64,000 nt of DNA from NCBI GenBank assembly GCA_947085935.1, contig CAMTYE010000009.1:5153-69152 (forward strand), in the 5' to 3' direction. Position numbers and translations under genes: made by a program. This document shows positions 26,810-37,124 of this stretch, piece after piece. Numbering within the stretch: the stretch's first letter is position 1; each line of letters starts with the position of its first letter. The notes under the pieces were generated by a model. It ran no database searches, had not been told where the DNA came from, and saw only the letters and a program-made list of their open reading frames with translations. The stretch comes from an uncultured Actinomycetes bacterium. GTDB lineage: Bacteria; Actinomycetota; Coriobacteriia; Anaerosomatales; CAMTYE01.

Positions 26810-27388
26810 ATGCGCGCACTGTACTCGATCGTGGCGTTGTCGTGTGCGGCGCTGCTGCTTGCGGGATGCTCGGGCGGCGACAACCGCGTCCCTTCTGTGT
26901 CGGGCACCGATCCCGGGAGTTCGCGCATGACGCTGTCCTCATCGGCCTTCGGTGACGGAGAGGTGATTCCGGGACGGTACGCTCGGGACGGGGAGAACGC
27001 CTCGATTCCGATCGTGTGGAACGGCGCCCCAGGCGGGACGCGCTCGTACGCGCTGCTCATGATCGACCTACACCCGTCCGCGCGGAAATGGGTCCACTGG
27101 ATGGTGGTCGACATCCCGGCCGACACCACCGCTCTGGCCGACGGCGCTTCCGGTGGTTCCTCGATGCCGGAGGTCGCGCGAGAACTCAAGAACTCGTTCG
27201 GACGGCCGGGCTATGGCGGACCACAACCTCCCCCCGGAAGTGGCGTGCACCCCTACGCCGTGACCGTGTATGCGCTCGACGTCGCACAGGTTGAGCGAGC
27301 CGCGGACTCATCGCTCGCGGCATTCCTCGACGCACTGAGCGGGCACGTTCTCGCGCAGGCGACGTACGAGGGGGTGTTCGGGGAGTGA
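26810..27388 (+). CDS. YbhB/YbcL (PEBP, Raf-kinase-inhibitor-like) family lipoprotein
   Basis: I chose the ATG at 26810 (GAGGGAAAGGA RBS). Lipobox LLLAGCSGG. PEBP signature HWMVVDIP...GYGGPQPPPGSGVHPYAVTVYALD. Confidence 0.85.
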   Translation: MRALYSIVALSCAALLLAGCSGGDNRVPSVSGTDPGSSRMTLSSSAFGDGEVIPGRYARDGENASIPIVWNGAPGGTRSYALLMIDLHPSARKWVHWMVVDIPADTTALADGASGGSSMPEVARELKNSFGRPGYGGPQPPPGSGVHPYAVTVYALDVAQVERAADSSLAAFLDALSGHVLAQATYEGVFGE

Positions 27389-27429
27389 AACGCCGGCCGG
27401 ACGCCCCCTCGATTCCGGGCTAGCGGGGT

Positions 27430-27780
27430 TCAGACGACCGTCTCGGCAGCCCACGTTCCGTGCAGATTGCAGCAGGCCACCGCGCGAAGTGTCGTTCCCG
27501 GATCGAGCCTGACGCGAATACACACGTGGGGATCGGTGGCCACGGGCGACAGGTCGAATCGTGCTATCGGGATCGAGTCGACCTGTAGTTCGATCCATTG
27601 GAAGTAGTGATCGGCCTGGTTGGGGTGTGGGACGTGCCGTCCGAGTTCGACGGTGGCCATCACGGTACCGCCATCCCCGGCCTCTATCCGGATGTCGGGA
27701 GTGTGCTTCCTCTCGAAGTCGCCGGCGGCATCAAGATCGGCGACGAGGTTGAGGGGCGAGAGTATCGGCGCGTCGGCCAT
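27430..27780 (-). CDS. Superoxide reductase (1Fe neelaredoxin / desulfoferrodoxin Fe-binding domain)
   Basis: AGGAGGAA RBS. Signatures KHTPDI, HPNQADHYFQWIEL and CCNLHGTW correspond to the His4-Cys iron site of SOR. Confidence 0.85.
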   Translation of the reverse strand: MADAPILSPLNLVADLDAAGDFERKHTPDIRIEAGDGGTVMATVELGRHVPHPNQADHYFQWIELQVDSIPIARFDLSPVATDPHVCIRVRLDPGTTLRAVACCNLHGTWAAETVV

Positions 27781-27931
27781 CGGTTCCTCCTGTGTGACGG
27801 ATGGGCCACAAGACCCTGGGTTCAGATGCAGAGTGGTTTATACCCCCGCCCGCTCACGACAATCGGTGCCGAAACCGCGACCCTGACGTAGAATCTGTGC
27901 AATCGAACTCGTGCCCACAAGGAGGATCCCG

Positions 27932-28516
27932 ATGCCCGCGCCCAGAGAGACCCTCGTCAATCGCAGCGACCTCGTGCTCGTTCTGGTCGATCTTCAGGAC
28001 CGGCTGATCGCGGCGATGCCGGATCCCGCATCCGTGGTGGCGGCAGCGATGCGGCTCGCACGCGGGGCGGCTCTCATCGACGCGCCGATCATCATCACGC
28101 GGCAGTACCCGAAGGGCCTTGGTCCGACAACGCCCGCTCTTGAGGAGCTGCTTCTCGAGCTGGCCGATGCCGGAACCCGGGTGATCGGTGTCGACAAGAC
28201 CGCGTTCTGCTGTGCCGCCGAGGACGCGTTCGTTGAGGCGCTCTCGGCGACGGGGCATCGGCAGGTGATAGTCGCTGGTATGGAAACGCACATCTGTGTG
28301 GCGCAGACCGCACTGGCGCTTCATGGAAGCGGGTACCAGGTCCAGGTGGCAGCGGACGCGGTCTGCTCGCGAGATCCGTACGCGCACGATCTCGCGCTCG
28401 ACAGGCTGCGCGCCTGTGGGGTCGTGGTCACCCACAGCGAGTCTGTCCTCTACGAGGCGGTCGGTCGAGCCGGGACTGACGAGTTCAAGTCCCTGCTCGG
28501 GATCATCAAGACCTAG
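27932..28516 (+). CDS. Isochorismatase-family cysteine hydrolase
   Basis: I chose the ATG at 27932 after AAGGAGG. Signatures LVLVLVDLQ, ITRQYPKGLG, VIVAGMETHICV and VVTHSESVLYE. Confidence 0.85.
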   Translation: MPAPRETLVNRSDLVLVLVDLQDRLIAAMPDPASVVAAAMRLARGAALIDAPIIITRQYPKGLGPTTPALEELLLELADAGTRVIGVDKTAFCCAAEDAFVEALSATGHRQVIVAGMETHICVAQTALALHGSGYQVQVAADAVCSRDPYAHDLALDRLRACGVVVTHSESVLYEAVGRAGTDEFKSLLGIIKT

Positions 28517-28629
28517 CAGTCGTCCTTCCCCGGCGATGTATGCGGTTCAGCCCGACACCGGTGCGGGTCGGCTAGAATGGTGTGGTCGTTTCGTCCTGCG
28601 TTCGACACCCGTGAAGTAAGGCGGTCCTG

Positions 28630-29367
28630 ATGCGTTCGAAGTTCGCGTACCTGCTCCTGCTGGTCGTTCTTGCGTGCTCCATACTGCCGGCCGCTATCGC
28701 CACGGCCGAGCCGGTAGCCCTGGATGCGACCACGATTCAGATCCAGCTGGGTATGGAGGCCGCTTCGGGCAGCAACTACCTGATCGTCGGTGGGACGCTG
28801 CCCACAGACACGCCGCTGCCGGCCACGGTGCGCTTGCCGTTGCCCGAGGGCGCCGAGGTCGTGTGGGCCGGAGAGATCGTCGGGTCCACGCCTGCCGGCG
28901 ACATCGAGCGCCCCTACACCATCGTCGACGGACAGGGGGGCCGGGCGATCGAGTTCACGCTCGACACGTACCGCTCATTCCAGTACGACGCGGCCTACGG
29001 GCCGGTCATACCCGCCGGGCAGTTCGACATCTCGCTTCTCATGTCCTGGCGCCAGACCGTTGCGAGCAGGGACGTTTCCATCGGTGTCAGGATCCCGGCC
29101 AACGCCACCGACATCGTCATCGAGCCGGCGCCGGTGGGCGAACCGCTCAGAGACGCGGCGACCGGTGACGAGCTGTACGTGCTTCCCGGCCTCACGCTCG
29201 GGCTCGGCGACAAGACCTCGGTCTCGATATCGTATGCCCGCGGCGGTGCGCTCGATTCGGGCTCTGCCGGTGGGTCGCCGATCGTTCTCATCCTGGTGGG
29301 CCTGCTGGTCCTCGCCGTCGTCGCACTCGTGTTCGTGTGGCGTGCTCAGGCGCGACGCCGTCCGTAG
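28630..29367 (+). CDS. Secreted protein with a C-terminal membrane anchor, function unknown
   Basis: Signal peptide MRSKFAYLLLLVVLACSILPAAIATAEP. C-terminal TM IVLILVGLLVLAVVALVFVW followed by RAQARRRP. No family recognised. Confidence 0.6.
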   Translation: MRSKFAYLLLLVVLACSILPAAIATAEPVALDATTIQIQLGMEAASGSNYLIVGGTLPTDTPLPATVRLPLPEGAEVVWAGEIVGSTPAGDIERPYTIVDGQGGRAIEFTLDTYRSFQYDAAYGPVIPAGQFDISLLMSWRQTVASRDVSIGVRIPANATDIVIEPAPVGEPLRDAATGDELYVLPGLTLGLGDKTSVSISYARGGALDSGSAGGSPIVLILVGLLVLAVVALVFVWRAQARRRP

Positions 29368-29395
29368 CAGCGGTTTCGCCACGATTCGTTGAATG

Positions 29396-29424
29396 TTGCC
29401 TGTGCAGTGACGCTGTGCCAGAAT
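29396..29424 (+). promoter_or_regulatory. Candidate cspA promoter (-35 TTGCCT, 17-bp spacer, -10 CAGAAT) preceding a long 5' UTR
   Basis: Hexamers read directly from the sequence. The implied leader of about 150 nt is typical of cold-shock genes. Confidence 0.4.
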
Positions 29425-29580
29425 CGTTACGGGTCGAAGTGGCCCACAGGTACGCGACGAGGTTTGTCACGATGCTCGGTCCGGGCGTTTCGCTCTATGC
29501 GAGGGGGCGCGGGGAGGCACTCAAGGCAAGCGCGGTCGCACGAGTGTGACCCCGTGTGCGGGGCGGAAGGATGAGCAAGC

Positions 29581-29784
29581 ATGGCCGAAGGCACTGTCAA
29601 GTGGTTCAATCCGGACAAAGGTTACGGCTTCATCTCTCGCGAGGACGGCGAGGACCTGTTTGTCCACTACAGCGAGATCCAGGGCGACGGGTTCAAGACC
29701 CTCGATGAGGGCCAGGCCGTTTCCTTCGAGATCACCACGGGCCAGAACGGCAAGCTCCAGGCGAGCAACGTTCACAAGGTCTAG
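29581..29784 (+). CDS. cspA: Cold-shock protein (CspA family)
   Basis: [34 protein letters not shown] carries the RNP1 and RNP2 motifs. Confidence 0.95.
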   Translation: MAEGTVKWFNPDKGYGFISREDGEDLFVHYSEIQGDGFKTLDEGQAVSFEITTGQNGKLQASNVHKV

Positions 29785-29813
29785 CCCCGATCTCACTGTT
29801 CGCGTGCATCGAA

Positions 29814-29833
29814 GGCGGCCCTCCGGGGCCGTC
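29814..29833 (+). terminator. Intrinsic terminator after cspA
   Basis: GGCGGCCC-TCCG-GGGCCGTC, an 8-bp stem with one G-T pair, followed by TTCT. Confidence 0.55.
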
Positions 29834-29932
29834 TTCTGCGTGTCGGACCGGTGGCCTCGTCGCGCCATTGCGGGTCGGCGCTAGAATGGTTGCGAGGTCT
29901 CGGCGCCGCCGGGCCGCAGGGAGGTGACTCGC

Positions 29933-30499
29933 GTGAGAATAGCGCTCCACACATGCTGTGGGCCGTGCCTGATCGAGCCCTACGACCACCTCGCCGCCGG
30001 ATGCACGGTGACGATCGTCTTCTCCAACCCGAACATCCATCCTGCCGAGGAGTACCGCCTGCGTCGGGATGCGGCTGCGGCGTACGCGGCTGAGATCGGT
30101 GCCGAGTTCGTAGAGCTCGACTATGCCCCTGCGGCGTGGGACGCCGCGGTCGCGGATGCCGGTACGCGGGAGCAGCGGTGCCGCGCATGCTATCGCCTCA
30201 GGCTCGCCGGCGTGGCGCGTTACGCGGCCGAGCACGGGCTCGACGCCATCGCGACCACGCTCACAGTGAGTCCGTACCAGGATTCCTCGGCAATCACGGA
30301 TGAGGGCCGGATCGCGGCGGGGCTCGCAGGAGTCACGTACGTCGAGACGGACTTCAGGCCGCGCTACCGGGAGGCAACGAGACGCTCGCGCGAGATGGGC
30401 ATGTACCGCCAGAACTACTGCGGGTGCACGCCGTCGAAGGCGGAGGTCGAGGCCGAGCGGGCGGCTCGCCGGGAGGCCCGCAGGTCGACGCAGGGCTAG
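29933..30499 (+). CDS. queH: Epoxyqueuosine reductase QueH
   Basis: I chose the GTG at 29933, 8 nt after GGAGG. Signatures ALHTCCGPC and a C-terminal YRQNYCGC. Confidence 0.85.
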   Translation: MRIALHTCCGPCLIEPYDHLAAGCTVTIVFSNPNIHPAEEYRLRRDAAAAYAAEIGAEFVELDYAPAAWDAAVADAGTREQRCRACYRLRLAGVARYAAEHGLDAIATTLTVSPYQDSSAITDEGRIAAGLAGVTYVETDFRPRYREATRRSREMGMYRQNYCGCTPSKAEVEAERAARREARRSTQG

Positions 30500-31248
30500 C
30501 CCCGGTTCACGGAAGCTTCCCCGTCCTCGATGCGGTCGCGCAGCTCGAGATTGCGCGCCTTGATTTCGGGCACCTTGCGCCAGTAGCGCAGCCCGCGCGT
30601 AGCCGAGAACGTGGGTCCGTACCCGCGTGTCGTCCGGCTCTCAAGAGCGTGCCTGAGGTCGGCGGCGGTTCGTCCCGGGAACAGAGTCCGGCTCGATCCG
30701 ATCACGTCGAGGATATGGGCGTCGCTGCCGCCGGTAGCGGCCAGGCGCGCCCGGTGATCGCTCCAGTAGCCTCGAGCATAGAAGTTCGCCAGGAACAGCA
30801 GGGGTGTCGAGTTGGCCACCTCGACGGCGTCATACGCGTTCTGGTCGTAGGTGCGCCGCTCGCCACGGCAGAGGCCATGCTTGTGCCACCAACGCGGGGC
30901 GAAGGGGTGGGCGATCACGGCGAGGCCACCCTGCTCGTGAATGCGCGCGATCGTCTCGGTGGCGCGCAGGTCCGGCTCGATGCGCTCGGGCGCCCACAAT
31001 CCGATGATGTGCCCGTCGAGGGACTCGACCTCCTGCCCGATAACGACTTCGACCGGGTACTCGGGTGCGAGCGCGGCAGCTTCAAGGGCTCCGTCGACCG
31101 TGTTGTGGTCGCAGATGGCGATGACCGACAGGTCGGTGTGCTCGCAGACCCACTCCAGGACCTCGCGTGGGGACGCGGTGCCGTCGGAAGCGGTGGTGTG
31201 GATGTGCAGGTCTGCTGCGGCGTGATTCGAAGGTCGCATGGCAGGCAC
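30496..31248 (-). CDS. PHP-domain metal-dependent phosphoesterase
   Basis: ADLHIHTTASDGTASPREVLEW, AICDHNTV, IAHPF and GGSDAHI. Confidence 0.85.
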   Translation of the reverse strand: MPAMRPSNHAAADLHIHTTASDGTASPREVLEWVCEHTDLSVIAICDHNTVDGALEAAALAPEYPVEVVIGQEVESLDGHIIGLWAPERIEPDLRATETIARIHEQGGLAVIAHPFAPRWWHKHGLCRGERRTYDQNAYDAVEVANSTPLLFLANFYARGYWSDHRARLAATGGSDAHILDVIGSSRTLFPGRTAADLRHALESRTTRGYGPTFSATRGLRYWRKVPEIKARNLELRDRIEDGEASVNRG

Positions 31249-31367
31249 ATACTACAGGAGTGGGCCGTGTGCGAACAGCGGACGCTGGCGGCCGGGGGCG
31301 CGCGATGCGATGCTGTATCCGGACGTTCGCAAGAGTACTGCCGTCGAGACGATGTATTGGAGCCCGG

Positions 31368-32405
31368 GTGCGCACTTCTGACTTCGATTACGAGTTGCCG
31401 AGCGGGCTTATCGCCCAAGAGCCGATGGAGCCGCGGGACGCCTGCCGCCTGCTGGTGCTCGATCGTTCGAGCGGCCAGATCGATCACCGTACGTTCTCGG
31501 ATCTCCCGGAGTATCTCAGGTCCGGGGATTGTCTGGTGCTCAACGAGACGAGGGTTCTGCCCGCGAGGTTGAAGGGCGCCAAGGACGAGACCGGCGGGGC
31601 TGTCGAGGTCCTGCTGCTGAGAGAGCGCTACGACGACACGTGGGAGTGTCTGGTCAAGCCGGGCAGGCGCCTCAAGCCCGGAGCGCGCGTCACGTTCGGC
31701 GACGGGGAGCTCACGGCCTTCGTCGTCGACGTGCTCGACCAGTCCGGAGCGCGTCTGGTCCAGTTCAAGGTCCATGATGGCAGTACGTTCATCGATGTGG
31801 TCCACCGGCTGGGCGAACTGCCGTTGCCTCCTTACATCACGCGCCCGATCGATCGTCCCGAGATGTATCAGACCGTCTTCAGTCGTGACGAGCGCAGCGC
31901 AGCGGCGCCCACCGCCGGCCTGCACTTCACGCCCGAGCTGCTCGATCGAATCGAGTCGTGCGGCGCCCGCATCGCGAAGGTCGGGCTCGATGTCGGGCTC
32001 GACACGTTTCGCGCTGTGACAGAGGACGACCCCGGACAGCACGTCATCCACTCAGAGCACTTCAGGGTGACGCCGTGGGCCGCCGAGACCGTGAACGAGA
32101 CGCGCCAGCGCGGTGACCGGGTCATCTGCATCGGGACCACCTCGGTGCGCGCTGTCGAGAGCGCGTTCGATGACGAGGCGAGCGAGGTGCGGCCCCACGA
32201 GCGGGAGACGGATCTGTTCATCCTGCCCGGCTACCGATTCCGGTCGGTTGACGCGCTGGTCACCAACTTCCATGTCCCGCGCTCGACGCTCATGATGATG
32301 GTGAGTGCCTTCGCGGGGCGCGACCTCGTGATGCGGGCGTACGAGACCGCGATCGAGGAGAGATACCGTTTCCTCAGCTTCGGCGACGCGATGCTGATTC
32401 TGTAG
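31368..32405 (+). CDS. queA: S-adenosylmethionine:tRNA ribosyltransferase-isomerase
   Basis: GTG at 31368. Signatures FDYELPSGLIAQEPMEPRDACRLLVL, PLPPYI, TAGLHFT, TNFHVPRSTLMMMVSAF and RFLSFGDAMLI. Confidence 0.95.
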   Translation: MRTSDFDYELPSGLIAQEPMEPRDACRLLVLDRSSGQIDHRTFSDLPEYLRSGDCLVLNETRVLPARLKGAKDETGGAVEVLLLRERYDDTWECLVKPGRRLKPGARVTFGDGELTAFVVDVLDQSGARLVQFKVHDGSTFIDVVHRLGELPLPPYITRPIDRPEMYQTVFSRDERSAAAPTAGLHFTPELLDRIESCGARIAKVGLDVGLDTFRAVTEDDPGQHVIHSEHFRVTPWAAETVNETRQRGDRVICIGTTSVRAVESAFDDEASEVRPHERETDLFILPGYRFRSVDALVTNFHVPRSTLMMMVSAFAGRDLVMRAYETAIEERYRFLSFGDAMLIL

Positions 32406-32420
32406 CTTCGATCGTCCCTG

Positions 32421-33446
32421 TCAGCGCAGAGGGGCCCACCACGTCCAGTTCGGGTTGCCTGCAGCGGGGTCGTCCTCGGGCGATCCGGGAGGAATCGCGA
32501 TTCCTGCCGATGCTCCACGACCCGGAAGATAGTAGCCGGAATCCTCCTCAACGAAGGTCGGCCCACCATCTTCATCCGTGGGCTGTGCGAAGCCCACAGG
32601 CAGGGACGGCCACTCTCCGAACCGGATGATGGGTCCGGACTGGAGACCGAAGACGTCTTGCTCGAGCTGCCGTCGAACGAGCATGGCGTTGTATCCGCGG
32701 TCCCCATCGGAGACGACGATCTCGAACTCGGAGTCGCCGGGAAACACCTCGAAGGTCGTGGACACGCCGGTGCCGAGGTCGGTCGTGACAGAGCCGATCG
32801 GTCCGGCCCCCGAATCCAGGGAGGTCGTTCCTGTCTCCACCTTGTACACGAAGCCGCTGAACACCACGTACCGAAGTTCGCTCGCGGCCTTGCTGAGCCG
32901 GGCGGCGCCGGCACTGTCCGTGAGGGCGTCATAGCCATAGGTCTCGGTCGCGGGGTCGCTTTGGGTCACAGCCGCACTCTCGCTCGCCGCCTGGTCGATC
33001 CCCGTCTTCGGGGGGAGCATGTAGCGCAGCCCGAACGATGTGCCGATGACCGCCAGCGTGAGAACGGCTGCCAACGAGCCGAGGGCCGCCACCCAACCCA
33101 TACGGGTGCGCGGGAGGTGCGCGCCCGGCGCGCGCGAGTCACGGGAAGTGCCGGCAGGGGCGCTATCGCGATGCACTGCCGCCCGGTCGGCCGCTGCGGC
33201 CCGTGCGTGCTCGAGCTTGATCTGCTCGGCCTCGGCGCGAATGCGGGCGATGGCGCGCTCTGTGGTCGCAGCGGGGGCGACGGGGCCGGACACGGCACGC
33301 AACGCCGCCAGCGATGAGACGAACCGGGCGCACGAAGCGCACGAGCGGCAGTGGTCCTTTGCGGCGAGAAGGTCGTCGGAGGCGACGGGCTCGCCGTCGT
33401 AGGTCGCCGAGATGATCTCCTGGGCGTGCAGGCAGTGCTCGTTCAC
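32421..33446 (-). CDS. Anti-sigma factor (zf-HC2 type) with TM and a large extracytoplasmic domain
   Basis: GTG overlaps the sigma-factor stop (GTGA). N-terminal H-x3-C-x2-C (HCRSCASC). Central TM (WVAALGSLAAVLTLAVIG). The outer domain of about 210 aa is unassigned. Confidence 0.8.
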   Translation of the reverse strand: MNEHCLHAQEIISATYDGEPVASDDLLAAKDHCRSCASCARFVSSLAALRAVSGPVAPAATTERAIARIRAEAEQIKLEHARAAAADRAAVHRDSAPAGTSRDSRAPGAHLPRTRMGWVAALGSLAAVLTLAVIGTSFGLRYMLPPKTGIDQAASESAAVTQSDPATETYGYDALTDSAGAARLSKAASELRYVVFSGFVYKVETGTTSLDSGAGPIGSVTTDLGTGVSTTFEVFPGDSEFEIVVSDGDRGYNAMLVRRQLEQDVFGLQSGPIIRFGEWPSLPVGFAQPTDEDGGPTFVEEDSGYYLPGRGASAGIAIPPGSPEDDPAAGNPNWTWWAPLR

Positions 33447-33997
33447 AGCCGCTCACCCCCCGAAAGGCCCATGGTGGCAAGAAGTGTCCTTCGCGCCCGG
33501 AAGACGCGCGACTTCACCGTTCCGACCGGGACTCCGAGTTCCTCGGACGCCTCGGCATAAGAGAGCCCGAACAGCGTGACGGATCCAAGCGCCTCGCGGT
33601 CCTCGGGCAGCAGGGACTGCATGGCTCGCTCGACGGTCACCGTGTCTACGACGACCTGCGCGTGGTCCGGAACGAAGCCGGACACGAGTTCGACCGGGTC
33701 GACAGGCACCGGGCGATGCTTGCCCGAACGCAGCATGTCGAGGCAGACGTTGCGGGTCACTCTGAACAGCCACGTCGAGAACGCCGCTTTGCCGTTGTAG
33801 CTCCCAAGCGAGCGGAGCATCTTGACGAACACCTCCTGGACCACGTCCTCGGCAGTCGCATGATCTCCGAAGAACCGCAGCGCATGTCCGTAGACGGCAT
33901 CGGAATGCGCACGTACCAGGCCTTCGAACGCCAGGGAGTCGCCCGCCTGGGCGGCTTCGACGAGCCGGGCATCAGTGTCGCGGTCGGTCGGGGCCAT
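33443..33997 (-). CDS. ECF-type RNA polymerase sigma factor
   Basis: GAGAGGA RBS. Region 2 (AEDVVQEVFVKMLR...FSTWLFRVTRN) and region 4 (LSYAEASEELGVPVGTVKSRVFRAR). Confidence 0.9.
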   Translation of the reverse strand: MAPTDRDTDARLVEAAQAGDSLAFEGLVRAHSDAVYGHALRFFGDHATAEDVVQEVFVKMLRSLGSYNGKAAFSTWLFRVTRNVCLDMLRSGKHRPVPVDPVELVSGFVPDHAQVVVDTVTVERAMQSLLPEDREALGSVTLFGLSYAEASEELGVPVGTVKSRVFRARRTLLATMGLSGGERL

Positions 33998-34076
33998 TCC
34001 CGTCCTCTCTTATGACGGCACCGGTAGCGTGGAGGTTCACAGTGATGAGCATAGCGCACACGGGCACTCCTGTTAG

Positions 34077-35207
<1,131 letters not shown>

Positions 35208-35337
35208 TCCGTCTGCGTGCCGTTGAGTTAGTGTGAAACCTTGTACGTATGGAATGTCCCTGATGGTAGTATGATGCGTTGTTGTCGCGTAGCTGATGAG
35301 ATGCTACGCGCTCATGACGATCCGGAGGTTCGATCCC

Positions 35338-35658
35338 ATGCAGGGAGCCGCAGGTCTGTTGCCCTACGTAGTCCTCGTGGTGGCGTTCTACTTCCTCCTC
35401 ATCAAGCCGCAGCAGGTGCGCGCGCGCAAGCAGCGCGAGATGGTCGAGGCACTGTCCTTCGGAGACCGCGTCATCACGGTCGGCGGTCTTCACGGCACGG
35501 TCGTGCGGGTCACGGACTCCACCGTGGTCCTGAGGGTCTTCGACAACAGCGAGCTCGAATTCGAGAAGGCGGCGGTCGCCAGGATCACCGCGGATATTCC
35601 CCCGCTCGACGAGCCGGCGGAGCTCGCTGCCGAGGATGAGGATGACCCCCAGGCCTGA
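35338..35658 (+). CDS. yajC: Preprotein translocase subunit YajC
   Basis: ATG at 35338 after GGAGGT. Signature VVLVVAFYFLLIKPQQVRARKQREMVEAL..GDRVITVGGLHGTV. Confidence 0.85.
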   Translation: MQGAAGLLPYVVLVVAFYFLLIKPQQVRARKQREMVEALSFGDRVITVGGLHGTVVRVTDSTVVLRVFDNSELEFEKAAVARITADIPPLDEPAELAAEDEDDPQA

Positions 35659-35768
35659 TGTCGGGTAATCCGGATCAGACGGCAGTCGGCGCCTCGCCGA
35701 GCCGTCTCCGGTCGAAGATGCGCGAAAGAACGATGAACGTGCACGGTCCGTCAAGAGAGTGAGAGGTA

Positions 35769-37124
35769 ATGGATCCTAAGCAGCGTAACGTGACGGCGCT
35801 GGTGCTGATCGCAGTACTTGTCGTCGGGTCTTGGGTGCTGTTCATGCCCCTGGACAAGAAGATCACCCAGGGTCTCGATATCCAGGGCGGCCTGTCGGTC
35901 ATTCTGACCGCGCAGGAGTCCTCCGCAACACCCGTGACGAACCCGGTAATGGACCGCGCGGAGCTTATCGTTCGCAACCGTGTCGATCGCCTTGGTGCCT
36001 CAGAGGCGTCGATTCAGCGTCAGGGAGCCGATTCGATTCTCGTGCAGCTGCCCGGGATCAAGAACGCGGCGGAGGCGCTGCAGATACTCGGCTCGACCGG
36101 ACAACTCGAGTTCGTTGATGTTGCGAGCATAGCGGACACATCCGCCGTCGCGGCGCTCGCGCTCGGGGAAGAAGATGTCAAGGTCGCGCCCGGCACGTAC
36201 ACCCCGGTCATGACCGGCGAGGTTGTCACGAACGCGCAGATCGGTGTCGATCCGACGACCAACGAGCTTGAGGTCAATGTGACCATGGACCAGAACGGCA
36301 CGAAGAAGTGGGCCGAGTACACCTCGACGCACGTGGGCCAGCAGGTCGCGATCGTGCTCGACGGGGTCGTGCAGTCAGCCCCTGTCGTGCAGACCGCCAT
36401 CACGGGCGGACAGACCCGGATCACGGGGAAGTTCACTCCCGAGGAGGCGAAGCGGCTCAAGACCGTGCTCGAGACCGGCGCACTGCCCGTGACGCTTGAG
36501 TTCTCTGAGTCTCGCGTGGTCGGTCCCACCCTGGGTCAGGACTCGCTGCGCCAGGGCGTGCTCGCATCGGGCGTGGGGCTGCTCCTCGTTGCGCTCTACC
36601 TCATCGTGTTCTACCGCGGGCTCGGCGTGGTCGCCGTCTTCGCGCTCGCGGTGTTCGCCTCGGTGTTCCTCGGGATACTGGCGCTCCTTTCCTTGTTCGG
36701 TTTCTTCGCCCTGTCCTTGCCCGGCATCGCGGGAATCGTGCTGACGATCGGCCTGGCGGCCGACAGCTCGATTCTGATTCTCGAGCGGTTCAAGGAAGAG
36801 GTGCGGATGGGCAAGACGGTTCGCGCGGCTGCGAAGTCCGGTTCGCTGCATGCGATCTGGACGAGCGTCGACGCGGACCTGGTCACGTTCGTCTCGGCTG
36901 CCGTTCTGTTCCTTGTCGCGATCGGCCCGGTTCGGGGCTTCGCGCTCACGCTCATGATCGGTATCGGTTGCGACATCATGATGATGATCCTGTTCAAGCG
37001 TCCGACGCTGATGATGCTTGCCGAGAACGTAGTCACCAAGGCACCGCGTCTGTGGGGCGTTCCGAATGTCGAGTCCGCCGCAGAACGTGCCGCTGGCGTG
37101 AAGGGGGGTGTGGCCGGTGTCTAA
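35769..37124 (+). CDS. secD: Protein translocase subunit SecD
   Basis: GLDIQGGLSV, ILVQLPG, and a C-terminal six-TM block with ITGAGIAGIVLTIGLAADSSILILER-type sequence (here LPGIAGIVLTIGLAADSSILILERFKEE). Confidence 0.95.
   Translation: MDPKQRNVTALVLIAVLVVGSWVLFMPLDKKITQGLDIQGGLSVILTAQESSATPVTNPVMDRAELIVRNRVDRLGASEASIQRQGADSILVQLPGIKNAAEALQILGSTGQLEFVDVASIADTSAVAALALGEEDVKVAPGTYTPVMTGEVVTNAQIGVDPTTNELEVNVTMDQNGTKKWAEYTSTHVGQQVAIVLDGVVQSAPVVQTAITGGQTRITGKFTPEEAKRLKTVLETGALPVTLEFSESRVVGPTLGQDSLRQGVLASGVGLLLVALYLIVFYRGLGVVAVFALAVFASVFLGILALLSLFGFFALSLPGIAGIVLTIGLAADSSILILERFKEEVRMGKTVRAAAKSGSLHAIWTSVDADLVTFVSAAVLFLVAIGPVRGFALTLMIGIGCDIMMMILFKRPTLMMLAENVVTKAPRLWGVPNVESAAERAAGVKGGVAGV

Noticed and set aside
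35286-35310. CUGAUGAG sequence (the hammerhead ribozyme core motif) inside a hairpin in the yajC leader
   Set aside because: The motif sits in the loop of a simple 8-bp hairpin (CGCGTAGC/GCTACGCG). There is no stem II followed by GAAA and no three-way junction with a cleavage-site triplet. It is a chance match.
35327-35337. GGTTCGATCCC, resembling a tRNA T-arm
   Set aside because: The flanking bases cannot form the T-stem (GGAGG against CCATG). No acceptor, D or anticodon arms are present. The sequence contains the yajC RBS and abuts its start codon.
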